Below, piece after piece: positions 1-13,008 of a stretch of 64,000 nt of DNA (positions are counted from its first letter, which is position 1; each line of letters starts with the position of its first letter). A program made the translations under genes and the position numbers. Origin of the DNA: Octopus vulgaris (lineage: Eukaryota); assembly GCA_951406725.2 (NCBI GenBank), contig OX597836.1:7502001-7566000 (forward strand). The letters are read 5' to 3'. The notes under the pieces are model-generated. The model was given only the letters and a program-made list of their open reading frames with translations. It had not been told where the DNA came from and ran no database searches.

Positions 1-610
1 TCGTTTTATCTGTTTTATGTTGGTTTATGGAAGTTGGATGTTTTGCCTGATGATAATGTTTCCAGCAGAACTAAATGTTATCTTGAAATATACAAGTTAT
101 CAGAAATAGAAAGCGAAATCTTGGGGTTAAAGTGTTTATATTGGGGCTTTGAAAACATGGGATTAAGTTTGTTTGAGATAGGGGTTTAAAGGATTAAAAT
201 TCTTCTTTCTGTTATATTAATGAGACATGGAGAGAAAGAGGAAGAGAAAGAGAAAGATTGTGTGTGTGTAAGAGAGAGAGAGAGAGCGAGAGAGAGAGAG
301 TGTGTGTGTGTGTGAAGAGGAGGGATGTAGTGCTGAAGAGACTGTCATAATATGGGGGTGGAGCAGGGAGGGAAGAGACAGGCTTATCTCAGTGCATATT
401 TTTTTAGGGTACCATGACCATAATAAGGAAGGACAAGATTGTAGGATTTGATGTTGGGTTCACCTCATTATCAGTAAGGTATGTAGTCATAGTATGGTAG
501 AGGTTGTTGTTGATGTTGTTGTTGTTGTTGTTCAGTCTCAGGTCAACCCTGATTCAAGCAGATCTATGACCAAAAGCATTCCTGTAATGACCATCCTGCC
601 TCTTTCCTAT

Positions 611-1450
611 ACTCTTGTTTTACTTGTTTCTGTCATTTGACTGCAGCCATGCTGGAGCAACATCTTGAAGGGTTCTAGTCAAACAAATCAACCCCAGGAC
701 TTATTTTTTTTAAGCCAAGTACTTATTCTATTGGTCTCTTTTGCCGAACTGCTAGGTTACAGGGACATAAACGCACCAACACCGATTGTCAAGTGGTGAT
801 GGGAGGGACAAACACAGATACAAAGACATACACATACAGATATATACATACATATATATTTAAATACTTTCGACAGGCTTCTTTCAGTTTCCGTCTACCA
901 AATCCACTCACTAGGATTTGGCCGACCTGAGGCTACAGTAGAAGACACATGCCCAAGGTGCCATGTGGTTAAGAAGGCAGCTTCTTACCACACAGCCACA
1001 CCTGTACCTGTGTAAGAAATAACGTGAGCTCACCTATTACTCTTTTACTCTTTTACTTGTTTCAGTCATTTGACTGTGGCCATGCTGGAGCACCACCTTT
1101 AGTCAAGCAACTTGACCCTGGGACTTATTCTTTGTAAGCCCAGTACTTATTCTATCCGTCTCTTTTGCCGAACCGCTAAGTGACGGGGACATAAATACAC
1201 CAGCATTGGTTGTCAAGCCATGTTGGGGGGACAAACACAGACACACAAACACATACACACACATACATATATACATATATATATATACGACAGGCTTCTT
1301 TCAGTTTCCGTCTACCAAATCCACTCACAAGGCTTTGGTCAGCCCGAGACCATAGTAGAAGACACTTGCCCAAGGTGCCACGCAGTGGGACTGAACCCAG
1401 AACCATGTGGTTGGTAAACAAGCTACTTACCACACAGCCACTCCTGCACC
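611..1450 (-). mobile_element. Two tandem copies of SINE family A (tRNA-like head, internal (TA/TG)n, 'gactgaaacaagtaaaag' tail)
   Basis: Reverse complement matches the + copy at 10354-10750 and further copies near 15950, 28700, 36430, 46190, 50440, 55850 and 56890. Confidence 0.85.
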
Positions 1451-2020
1451 TATGTACAAGGAATTACATTTGACAAAGTAATCTGAATTCAAAAGCATTA
1501 TGCCAGCCGTATCAGATCCAAATATTCTACCTGATTTATACTCAAACTAGTCAGATCCAGCCTCTCACACCTACCCTACAATGTCATTTTAAAAACAGTT
1601 ACATCATTGAAATCTCAAAGCTACAAGATAATGCACAATTAATTCAAAACAATTTGAATAAATAAAATTTGACATAGGAATGTGAATGCTAAAGTGTTAG
1701 AGGGTTAAAATATTGGTCAACATAAGTCTTTGGTTGAAGATACCTTGCTCAAGGCACCATACATGCTGTAGAATTAATCTTGGAACCATGTGGCTGCAAA
1801 GTGAACTCTTCAACTGCATGATAGAATCAATATATCAGCTTCCCAAAAAATTTCCTTATTCACTGGAATTACCCCCATTGTGGAACCATTTGCCAAAATT
1901 TTTTTTATTTTCTTTTTTTTCCTTTCTTCTGAATTCTGTATATAGAACAGCACTTACGAGGATTGTTATGTATATAGAAGTAACTGGGTCTGTATGTGTG
2001 TTGCTGTGAGTGTGTATACG

Positions 2021-2056
<36 letters not shown>

Positions 2057-2518
2057 TGTGTGCGTGTGTGTGTGTATATGATATATGATGCTTGAGAGAC
2101 TGCATGACTACGAATTGATATAAGTGGTTGTGTGTATGTGCATAAGACTCTGTAAGTGTGTGTGTGTGTGTATGCGTGTATGTGTGTGTGTGTGATATGT
2201 AACTACTTGGGAGACTGTGTGACTGTATTAATATAAGTGGTTTTGTGTGTGTGTGATAGTCAGTGGTTGTATACGTGTGTAACCTTTGTATATGTACATA
2301 AATATGATAAACTTATATATACACACACACACACTATGTATATATATATATATATATATTGGCTGTGTGGTAGCTTGCTTACCAGCCACATGGTCCTGTG
2401 TTCAGTCCCACTGTATGGCATCTTGGGCAAGTGTCTTCCAACTGTAGCCTCGGGCCTACCAAAGCCTTGTGAGTGGATTTGGTTGACAGAAAATGAAAAG
2501 AAGCCTGTCATATATATT

Positions 2519-2594
<76 letters not shown>

Positions 2595-2830
2595 TATACA
2601 CACACACAATATATATATAATATATATACACATATACAATATACATGTATATATATATATGTTTCTGTGACTATATTAAAATAAGTGATGTTATGCAGAT
2701 GCCTATAACTGAGTATTTGTGTGCAAATGCACTGAAGGAACTGAGGTTGTATGCTTGACTCTGTGTGTGTGTGTGTGTGTTTGTGCGCATGTGCATGTGT
2801 GTGTGTATGCATGTGCATTTATGTTTCTAG

Positions 2831-2836
2831 ATGAAG
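2831..2836 (+). CDS. Candidate 6-nt microexon (ATGAAG)
   Basis: ttatgtttctag|ATGAAG|gtaagt: canonical acceptor and consensus donor 6 nt apart, with TGC/TGCATG motifs just upstream. Confidence 0.5.
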
Positions 2837-4154
2837 GTAAGTGTGTACATGTGTGTTTTTTTTGGTTCAGTTTATATGACTGTTGATGCGGATGGCTGTG
2901 TGTGTGTGTGTGGAGCCATATAATCTGCCAAGGTTTATAAGCTTGCTCTAGCTAATTGTCTACCTAATTAATTAACCTTCGTTGTTCCTCGTGGAAAATC
3001 TATTTTATTTGGAATTAATTACAAGGCTTTGTTTTTTCTTCCTCTGTTTATGTCTAAGAACAAAAATGAGAATCGTATTTTCTATTGACATATTCCATCT
3101 ATATATATGTGTGTGTTTGTGTGTGTGTGTGTGTGCACATGAAGGTACATGGCTTAGTGGTTAGGGCATTAAGCTGATAATCGTATGGTTGTGAGTTCAA
3201 TTCCTGGCTATGTGTTGTGTACTTGAGCAAGACACTTTATTTATTTCACATTGCTCCGAGTCCACTCAGCTGGCAAAAATGTAGGATGAGGGTATCTACT
3301 ATAACTGCATCACCATTTGTTGGTGATTCCTTCCTTCTGGTTGATGACACCTTAGCACCACCCAGGTGACAACCTTCCAAACCATGGGTCTGTTTGGGTA
3401 GTTGTTACTGGAAAGGATTTGACAAGGTCAGAGGGAAAATCCTACCTTAACTTCTTTTAGTCGCCTTTTACGACATTCATTGAAAATGTTGGGTCTGTTC
3501 TTTGGCATGCCAGTCTCCACACAGCACACCCCCTGTATGTGACTTGTTACTATTTTATCAACCCTGAAAAGATGAAAGTCGGTGTTAACCTCGGCAGAAT
3601 TTGAACCTAGAACGTAAAGATGGATATAATGCTACTAAGCATGCGAACAGTTCTGCCAGCTCACCGCCACCATCATCGTTTAGCATCAACCTTCAATGAT
3701 GATGATGATGAGGATGATGATGATGATGGTGGTGGTGGTGGTGGTGGTGGTGGTGGTGGTGGTGGTGGTGGTGGTGGTGGTGGCGGGTGGTGGTGGTGGC
3801 GGTGGTGGTGCTGAACTAGCAGAACTGTTAGCATGCTTTTTGTTCATCTTTAGGTGCTGGGTTCAAATTCCGCCAAAGTCAACTCTGCCTTTCACCCTGA
3901 ATAATTATGGTTTCAAATTTTGATGCAAGACCAGCAATATTTGGGTGTGTGTGGTGGTGGTGGTGGGGGGGGCTTCAGTCGATTCAGTCGACTCCAATAC
4001 TCACCTGGTACTTCTTTTATCAACCCCAAAAGGATGAAAGGCTAAGTTGACCTTGACGGTATTTGAACACGGAACATTGACGGACAAAATGCCACAAAGC
4101 ATTTTGTCTGTTGCTCTGATGGTTCTACCATCTCACTGCCTTAATGGTTTGCAG

Positions 4155-4263
4155 CATTGATGCTGGTACGGCAGGAGGAGTAATGCAAATGTCTGCTTCG
4201 TCTTGTACTTCAATTGGACTCTTATATGCTTGTTGTTCCATGGCTGCTCTTCCAACCTTCTGA
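4155..4263 (+). CDS. Candidate alternative terminal exon (phase 2: IDAGTAGGVMQMSASSCTSIGLLYACCSMAALPTF*)
   Basis: Acceptor tttgcag. 35 open codons in phase 2; the other phases stop early. Two local hairpins. Confidence 0.4.
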
Positions 4264-4329
4264 ATGCGATAACGTACGTGTGCAGAGGGTGGGAATGTGT
4301 ACTTGTGTTGGTGGTATTGCTTATTAAGA

Positions 4330-4330
4330 A

Positions 4331-4373
<43 letters not shown>

Positions 4374-5290
4374 AATTGTTTATTAACCTGTTTATGTGTG
4401 TGTGTGTGTGTGTGTGTGAGATAGTTTATTAATCCATGTGCGTGAACGTGTGCGAATATGTGTGTATATGAATGTCATGTGTGAGTGTGTTTCTCTGGGT
4501 GTGTTTGAATGTTGTGTGGGAATGTGTAGGTGAAAATGTTTATTAATAATGCCTGTGTGTGTGTGGGTGTATGTGTGTGTGTGTGTGTGTGTGTGTTTTG
4601 TGGAATTGTTTATTAATCTCTGTATGTGTATATGAGACTTAGTTTATTGATCCATGTGTTAATATGAATATGGTGTGTGAGTGTGTTTCTGTGGGTGTGT
4701 GTTTGAATGTTGTGTAGGAATGTGTAGGTGTCATTACTTATTGATGCCTATGTGGGTGTGTGGGTGTGGAATTGCTTATTGCTCTATGTATGCGTGTGTG
4801 AGATACTTTATTGATCCATGTGCATGAACGTGTGTGAATATGTGTGTGTATGAATGTCGTGTGTGAGTGTGTTTCTCTGGGTGTGCTTGAATGTTGTGTG
4901 GGTGTGTAGGTGAAAATGTTTATTAATAATGCCTCTGTGTGTGTGTGTGTGGAATTGTTTATTAATCTGTATATGTGTGTCTGAGACATTGTTTCTTAAC
5001 CTATATGTATGAATGCATAATGGTGTGTGAATACATGTGTGTGTGAATGTCGTGTGTGAGCACGTGTCTGTGAGTATGTTTGTATGTGTATGATTATATG
5101 GGAACGTATGTGTGTGTGTGTGTGTGTCGTTATGTATTAATGTTCACATGTGTGTATATGTGTTATTGCTTATGCACGATTGTACTTGGATGTGACTGCG
5201 TATGTGTGTGTGTAGGTGATTGATTATTTATACATGCGTATATGTGTGTGTGTGTGTATGCGTATATGTGTGCATATGTGCATGAATCTA
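4330..5290. repeat. Diverged compound (GT)n-rich minisatellite
   Basis: Recurring 'gtggaattgtttattaa' and 'gaatgttgtgt..gtgtaggtgaaaatg' blocks between (GT)n runs. Confidence 0.75.
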
Positions 5291-5382
5291 TGTGTTTGTA
5301 TGACGGTGTCTGGTTGCGGATTAGTGTTTGTCTGAGTTCATAAAGAAGGCAAGAAGACTCAAAGAAGGAGGAGACGTAAAGG

Positions 5383-5782
5383 TAACAACAACAACATCAA
5401 CAACAACAGCCCAACTGCAGCAGCAACAACAACAACACAACAACAACAACACAACTGCAGCAACAACAACACCAACAACAGCAGCAACAACAACACAACT
5501 GCAGCAACAACAACAACAACACAACTGCAACAACAACAACACCAACACAACTGCAGCAACAACAACAACAACACAACTGCAGCAACAACAACAATAACAC
5601 AACTGCAGCAACAACAACAGCACAACTGCAACAACAACAACAACAACAACAACAGCACAACTGCAGCAGCAACAACAACACATCTGCAGCAACAACAACA
5701 ACACAACTGCAGCAACGACAACAGCAACAACAACATCAGAAGCAGCGACAGCATCAGTAGAAGCAGCAAGAGTAGCATCTGA
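5383..5782. repeat. (CAA)n/(CAG)n compound repeat
   Basis: Repeated 'acacaactgcagcaacaacaac' units. Confidence 0.9.
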
Positions 5783-7413
5783 AGCATTGGGAATAATTTT
5801 CTCATTGAGGAATTAATCAATATTGAAATGTCTTGACATGAATATTTTATCATCCCAAATATCCGGTTCACTTCATTCTGATGTAACAGTCCTGTTTAAA
5901 CCAATGGAAGGGTTGAGAAACTTGTTCTAAATTTACATTGTCTTCCAAAATATTACACCATTCTCCATCTTTAAACCAATGAAGGGCTTAGAAACTGGAT
6001 CTGTATCTATATTCGTGAATATTCCTCTGTTCCACATCTTTAGCCCTTTAGCATTTAATCTAGCCGTATCTGGCCCAAATATTCCTACCTGTTTTATGTC
6101 CAAACTAACCTGATCCTACCTCTCACACCTCCCTTACAATGTCATTCTAAAAATAAACAATTACATCATTGAAATCTTTCAGGTATGAAATAATGCAGGA
6201 TTCATTCAAAGTGATTTAAATAAATATGCATTACATTTGTCAGAGCAATCTGACTGCTAAAAGGGTGAAAACAAAAAGAACCCACAAACTGAGCCTGTAT
6301 TTATAATCCCACATGTTTCTCTGTCCTACATCTTAAAACCAAGATGGGCCCAGACACTGAGCCTGTATTTATAATCCCAAATGTTAGCCCATCCTGTATC
6401 TTTACAGCCCAGAAACCAATTTTATATTTATTGTGATATTTTTTTTTCTGTTTTCTCATGTCCTATATAAACCGAGTCTTGTGACTCGGAGGGAGAACTT
6501 TCTAGGTGCATTCCTGTGGTCATTCATGACTGAGGTGGGTCTTTAGCTTCATAAATGAATATTTGTGTTTGTGTGTGAAAGCACATGGTATAGTGATTAG
6601 AGCCTCAGGCTCACAATCATGAGGTAGTGAGTTCAATTCCCAGACCGGGCTGTGTGTTGTGTTCTTGAACAAGACACTTTATTTCACATTGCTCCAGTTC
6701 TGTAGAAACGACTTGTGACATCACTAGTGCCAAGATGTATCAGCTCCCTTTGCCTTTCCCTTGGATGGCATTAGTGGCACGGAGAGGGGAGGCTGGTGAG
6801 CATGGGTGATTGTTGGTCATCCATAAACAGCCTTGAGAGCACTTGTGCTTTGGAGGGGGGGATTTCTAGCTGCAATCCCATGGTCATTCATGATTGAAGG
6901 GGGTCTTTACTCTTGTATCTGAAGGTGCATGGCTCAGTGGTTAGAGTATCAGGCTCACAATCCTGTGGTAGTGAGTTTGATTCCTGGAACAGGCTGTGTG
7001 TTGTGTTCTTGAGCAAGACACTTTATTTCATGTACCTGTAATTCAATGGACCAGCTTTGTCACATTCAGTGTGTCACACTGAATCTCCTTGAGAGCAACA
7101 TTAAAAGTACATGTGTCTATGGAATACTCAACCACTTGCATATTAATTTCATGAGCAGGCTGTTCCATTGACAGAATCAACAGGAACACTTGTCGTTGTC
7201 AATGATGGAGTGCCAGTAAGGGAGAGAGAGAGTGTGTGTGTGTGTGTGTGTGTGTATGCGTGTGTAAGCATATGTGTGTGTTTTAGAATGTCCATAAATG
7301 TATGATTCTATGAAAACATGTATTTGTATATGTATCCCACCCTTTCCTATTTGATCCCTTAAATTGTAAAATGATAGATATAACATTTAGGCATACAGAA
7401 ATATAAGTCCTTA

Positions 7414-7900
7414 AGGCGACGAGCTGGCAGAAACATTAGCACGCCGGGCAAAATGTCTAGCGGTATTTCGTCTGTCTTTACGTTCTGAGTTCAAATTCCG
7501 CCGAGGTCGACTTTGACTTTCATCTTTTTGGGGTCGATAAATTAAGTACCAGTTACACGCTGGGGTCGATGTAATCGACTTAATCCGTTTGTCTGTCCTT
7601 GTTTGTCCCCTCTTTGTTTATCCCCTTGTGGGCAATAAAGAAATAAGAAATGTTAGCATGGCAGGCAAAATGCTGAGAGAAGGTGGCGAGCTGGCAGAAA
7701 CGTTAGTGCACCGGGTGAAATGCTTAGCGGTATTTCATCTGCCGTTACGTTCTGAGTTCAAATTTCGCCGAGGTTGACTTTGCCTTTCATCCTTTCGGAT
7801 GTACCAGTTATGCACTGAGGTCGAACTAATCAACTTAATCCCTTTGTCTGTCCTTATTTGTCCCCTCTATCTTTAGTCCCTTGTGGGCAATAAAGAAATA
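7414..7900 (+). mobile_element. Dimer of SINE family B ('ggcgagctggcagaaacgttagc' head) with 17-bp TSD
   Basis: agaaatataagtcctta at 7397-7413 and 7901-7917 flanks two head-to-tail copies. Confidence 0.85.
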
Positions 7901-8271
7901 AGAAATATAAGTCCTTATGCTGTCAAGGGTTTGACCCTTTTAATACAAAACTGAGTAAAACCACTCCTGTTTCTGTCAAACAAACTTCCTATTTTAAACT
8001 GATCTAAATTTAAATCTTCCAGCAAAAACAAAAAACAAAAACAAAATATCATGTTAATTCATGTTTCAAACCCCAGATTAATAAGAATGACAAAGTCGAT
8101 TTATGAGATTTTTCGTAATTTTAAAAAAATTAATCGAAAGAAAAGTAATTCGAAGGTGGTTTCACAGAAATCCGGCAAGAAAAGGGTTAAAGATATAGGA
8201 TGGCACAATATTTATGAAACAATGTAAAAAGAGAAAGCAGTTTCTTGGTCCCCTTTCATTGGTTTAAACAG

Positions 8272-8350
8272 AATTGTTACATTGGAGCCAACTGAAGCGG
8301 ATATTTGGATTGATAAAATATTCATGTCAAGACATTTGAATATTGATTAA
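8272..8350 (+). CDS. Candidate alternative terminal exon (phase 2: IVTLEPTEADIWIDKIFMSRHLNID*)
   Basis: Acceptor ccccttt...aaacag|A ATT. Whole exon is complementary to 5783-5924. Phase 1 is also open for 21 codons. Confidence 0.5.
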
Positions 8351-8527
8351 TTTTTTAACGAGAAAATTATTCCCAATGCTGTTGTTGTTTCTGCTGTTGC
8401 TGCAGTTTCTTCTCATTAAGACTTATAAACTGGTTCTCTATTTATTGTCTGCTAAACGTTGCTTCATCCTCATTACTTTGGATTCTACTAACAATAACAC
8501 AACAACAGCATCTTTTAATTATCTATC

Positions 8528-8593
<66 letters not shown>

Positions 8594-8667
8594 TGTATAT
8601 AGATAATTGTATGTACATGTATGTGTGTGTATATATATATACACATACATGCACACATTTATATATT

Positions 8668-9019
8668 TATTATCTCCGCCTTAGCGAAGGAGGAGATATT
8701 GTTTTCAGTTGTCTTTGTTTGTTTGTTTTCCATGGACAAGATATCTCAAGAACCGCTGGATGGATTCTGATGAAATTTTCAGGGATGTTTGGCTTCGTGA
8801 CTGGCACGAACTGATTAGATTTTGGGATCAATTCTGGATTATTTTTCCTGTTTTGTTACTTAATTTTTGAGAGTGGTCAGGTTCATATTTAGTATTCTCA
8901 TTTGTGAGAGCAGTTGAGTTTATTTCAGACATTCTCATTTTAAAAATCATTTCCGGCTAATTGTTGAGAGGATGGTGGTGTTGCCTTGGCAGAAGTTTGC
9001 GCTGTCTGAGTGCTCTTGT
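8668..9019 (+). mobile_element. Non-autonomous Helentron/DINE-1-like element
   Basis: 'tatctccgcc...ggagata' 5' stem, (GTTT)n tract and 3' 'ttggcagaagtttgcgctgtctgagtgctcttgt' end resemble Helentron-associated elements. Confidence 0.6.
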
Positions 9020-9095
9020 ATATAAATTGAAATTATACCATTTTAAGTTCAGATTTTTTTCTTTTCTACATTGTGGTATCTAACTGAAGAACCAG

Positions 9096-9147
9096 TGAAA
9101 ATTGGAGGTTTTGCATTCCTTCGAAGGAAATGATTTTTTCCCTTTGA
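9096..9147 (+). CDS. Candidate alternative terminal exon (phase 2: ENWRFCIPSKEMIFSL*)
   Basis: ctaac branch-like motif and in-frame tandem AGs ending at 9089 and 9095. Region pairs with 9497-9575. Confidence 0.3.
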
Positions 9148-9290
9148 TTGATTGATTGTGTATGTATGTGTGTGTGTATGTGTATGTATGTTTGTGTGTA
9201 TGTGTTTGTGTGTGTGTGTGTGTACGTACATATATAGATCATTGTGTACAATGTAGGTGTATGCACACATATATATGTATATATATATAG

Positions 9291-9321
<31 letters not shown>

Positions 9322-10353
9322 GATAGATGTGTATGTGTGTTTGCATGAGTGTGTGTGTATGTACGTACGTATATGGATCATTCTGTACATTTGTGTCAAT
9401 GTAAGTGTATACATATATATATAGATAGATAGATGTGCGTGTGTGTGCACATGCATGTGTGTGTGCATACACATATATATATATATATATACTAATTATT
9501 AACAACCGAAGCAGTATTATTACCAAAAGATAATCATTATATCCAACTTAACCTGGATGCCTTGTTAGAACACCAAACACGGCCTCATTAGCCTTAAGAG
9601 ATCCTCTCATATAGGACCCTTGATGTATAAAAGCACACGCACATATATGTGTATACACACACACATATAAAATGTAAAGCAATAGAGATTTCAAATCTAG
9701 GCAGTTACCTTATTAGCGCTCTGCTATAATCCAGATCTGGCTAACCACATCAAATGATAGAGAACATACAGAATCATTTATAATAAAGGATTAAACGGTA
9801 CTTCACTTGATAAGCAAATCTAGAGTTCATTTCATCGGGTTTCATATAGATTATACACGGGGTATATAATCTAGACACCATAAAGAAGAATGGAGAATTG
9901 CATAGCTTCAGAATTTATTTATTGGAACATTATTCTCATCAAATTCCGATCCCACATGTGTTTCTGCTGCATAAGCATTGTATTTGTAGTTCCATTATTC
10001 AAGCAGAATGGTGTATATACGTGGTGAAGAAATTTCCTGTACCTTGTGTGTGAGTTCCAATGGTAGTTATATTCCAAGCATAGAGCCCTGTAAGCAGTAT
10101 TGGTCTATCCATAGTACTTACTTAGCATTACGTGACACTTTTTGGGTCTTCTTTACACTAATACTTCTCATACCCTCGATATATATATATATATATATAT
10201 ACATACATACATATATAGAATAAGTACTAGGCTTACAAAGAATAAGATCCGGGGTCGATTTGCTTGACTAAAGGCGGTGCTCCAGCATGGCCGCAGTCAA
10301 ATGACTGAAACAATTAAAAGAGTAAAAGAGTATATATATATATATATATATAT

Positions 10354-10750
10354 AGGCGTAGGAGTGGCTGTGTGGTAAGTAGCTTGCTAACGAACCACAT
10401 GGTTCCGGGTTCAGTCCCACCGCATGGCACTTTGAGCAAGTGTCTTCAACTATAGCCTCAGGCCAACCAAAGCCTTGTGAGTGGATTTGGTAGACGGAAA
10501 CTGAAAGAAGCTTGTCGTATATATGTATATATATATGTGTGTGTGTGTTTGCGTGTCTGTGTCCCCTCCCCCAACATCGCTTGACAACCGATGCTGGTGA
10601 GTTTACGTCCCCATAACTTAGTGGTTCGGCAAAAGAGGTCAATAGAATAAGTACTGGGCTTACAAAGAATAAGTCCTGGGGTCGATTTGTTCGACTAAAG
10701 GCAGTGCTCCAGCATGGCCATAGTCAAATGACTGAAACAAGTAAAAGAGT
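10354..10750 (+). mobile_element. Near full-length SINE family A copy
   Basis: A-box/B-box-like head (tggctgtgtggt...ggttcagtccc), central 'gcaagtgtcttc' block and tail; many paralogues in the window. Confidence 0.9.
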
Positions 10751-10869
10751 ATATTCAGACACACACGTGTGCATGGATAGATGGTTAAGATCCTTGCATC
10801 CCAAGCCAACAGTTTTTCTAGTTCCACAATGCCCTGACCCCTTCTGGTATTCAAGGCAAATCCAGTTTT

Positions 10870-11620
10870 ACTATATAATATGAGTGATATATTCTAAAAG
10901 CAATCATTATTTTTTTCTGTTGAGGCCAGTTTTGTTTCCCATCTTTCCTGGGTTGATATGATAACATACCAGTTAATAAGTACAAGAGTCAATTTAATCA
11001 ACTAGCTCATCTCCCAGATTTGTGGCCTCCTGCCTTTGTGCAATCTTATTTCTCTTGCTTTTCTTTCATCTTACTCATTTGTTTACCATCTAATTGAGAA
11101 TAACTCATTAATTGGGGCAGCTAGTGTATTGATGTCTATTATCTTACTTATGTCTTAATTTAGCTTTGTTTGAAGTATTAATCTCATATATCTATAATAT
11201 TCCTTTTTAATCATTTCTTTCTTTTGCATCAGTCTAGTTTGTTGACTCCTAAAGATTTGTATATCTATATTTGTTGTAATTCTCTTGTCTCAGTTTCTTT
11301 ATATAACTTGATATTAATCCTCATAATTAATTTTCCTTTCTTCAAAGTTGCCTTGGTGTACTTTTGTAATTCAAATCTCTCATCAATTTCATTGCTAAAT
11401 CCATGTACTGTCTGCAGTAGTGTTTCTAGTTTTTTGTCACTTTCCACATACAATTTAAGGTTGCCTGTATATAAAAGGTGGCTAACTATCCTACCATAGT
11501 ATTTGTATCTGAGTCCAGTTCTACATAATGTGTCAGTTACAAGTGTCAACATCTGACAGAAAAGGAATGCAGAGAAGGAGATCCATTTGAATATTCCTTC
11601 TTTTGTCTGCACCTGCAAAA
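10870..11620 (-). pseudogene. Degenerate non-LTR retrotransposon reverse transcriptase fragment (R4/Dong-like)
   Basis: ORF 11265-11618 'GIFKWISFSAFLFC...HLLYTGNLKLY...FELQKYTKATLKKGK' resembles RT motifs GIFQGDSLSPLLF / HLLYMDDLKLY with the catalytic Asp residues lost. Confidence 0.75.
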
Positions 11621-12889
11621 TGGTTTGCCTCTTACATGTTTCAGGTATTGTTGTGGTTATTGTTCTTCATCACCACCACCACAATCATTATCTTCTTCTT
11701 CTTCATCATCTTCATCATCATCATCATCATCATCATCACCACCCCCTTCTTCTTCTTCTTCTTCTTCTTCTTCTTCTTCCCCCCTCCTCCTCCTCTTCCT
11801 CTTGTTATGTATTGTTCTCACTGTTGATGAAACTATAACATTTTAGCAATGTGGCTGACTTTTTTTTCCCAACATGAAACCTTTTTTTCATTAAAAAAAC
11901 CCCATCAAGATTTAATATCCGTTGTCATCCCTTTATGCTTCTTCTCATGACTGCTTTCAGTTCCACTTGATGGCTTCTTTCTAGATATCTTGAATTGTAG
12001 ATAATTGTTAACTGCATTAGCAGCAACAGTCAACAAGTAAGCAAAACAAACATACCATAAAAATCATAGCAACTGGGTGGTCCCTGTATTGTGAGAGCAA
12101 AAATTTGTCTTATTTCCATGGATGTAAGAATGGAAATGTAAAGATGAAATGGGTAAAGATTGAAGTGGGAGGAAGTACTGTGTAAAGAGTTACCAAGTTC
12201 ATAGTCACTTTTCTCCTTGCACCTCTGACTTAAACCAATAAAAATTGCTCTCTTCTCACACACAAACACATTTGTATTGACATACAACATATGTAGCTAC
12301 AGATATTGCTATCATACTGATGCAGTTATGGTTGTCACCAGATGGTTATTCAAAAGATGGTAGGTTGATAGTGACGATGGTATTGGTTGTATTTGTTTTG
12401 GCATTGGTGGTTATAGTGGGGGTGGGGGTATTTTTGGTGGTGGTGCCAGTTATATTGGTCTTGTTAATTGTTGCTGATTGTTCTCAAGTCAATCTTCATT
12501 ATTCTAATATCAAACATATTTCATTCAATTACATTAAATACCACATTATCTCATGTCTTTGTAATGTATTTTAAATGAACTTGCTTGTCTTCTTCATATA
12601 ATTGTTCCTGTTGTTGTTGTTGTTAGTGGTGGTGGTGGTCATTAAGAGGTTGTGCTTGCGTTGGTTTTGGTGATGACAGCTAAAAGATTTAGGCTCAAAT
12701 AGAAGAAAAGGGCACAATCAAGGTAAGAATGGAAGGACATTGTTACCACCATCAACACCTGGGCTGACCAGTGCCTTGCAAGGTAATTTGGTAGATGGAA
12801 ACTGTGTGGAAGCCCCTCATATGTGTGTGTGTGTGCATTTGTGGGAATGTGTGCTTACATCTAGGCCTGTGTGACTGTGTGTGTGAGAC

Positions 12890-12932
12890 AGCGAGTGTGT
12901 TTATGTGTATGAGTGTCTACATGTATGTGAGT

Positions 12933-12964
<32 letters not shown>

Positions 12965-12975
12965 GAGTGTCTGCA

Positions 12976-13008
<33 letters not shown>

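Noticed and set aside
5325-5381. Purine-rich stretch reading FIKKARRLKEGGDVK before AAG|gtaaca
   Set aside because: No pyrimidine tract upstream; partly explained as an extension of the arm complementary to 8380-8430.
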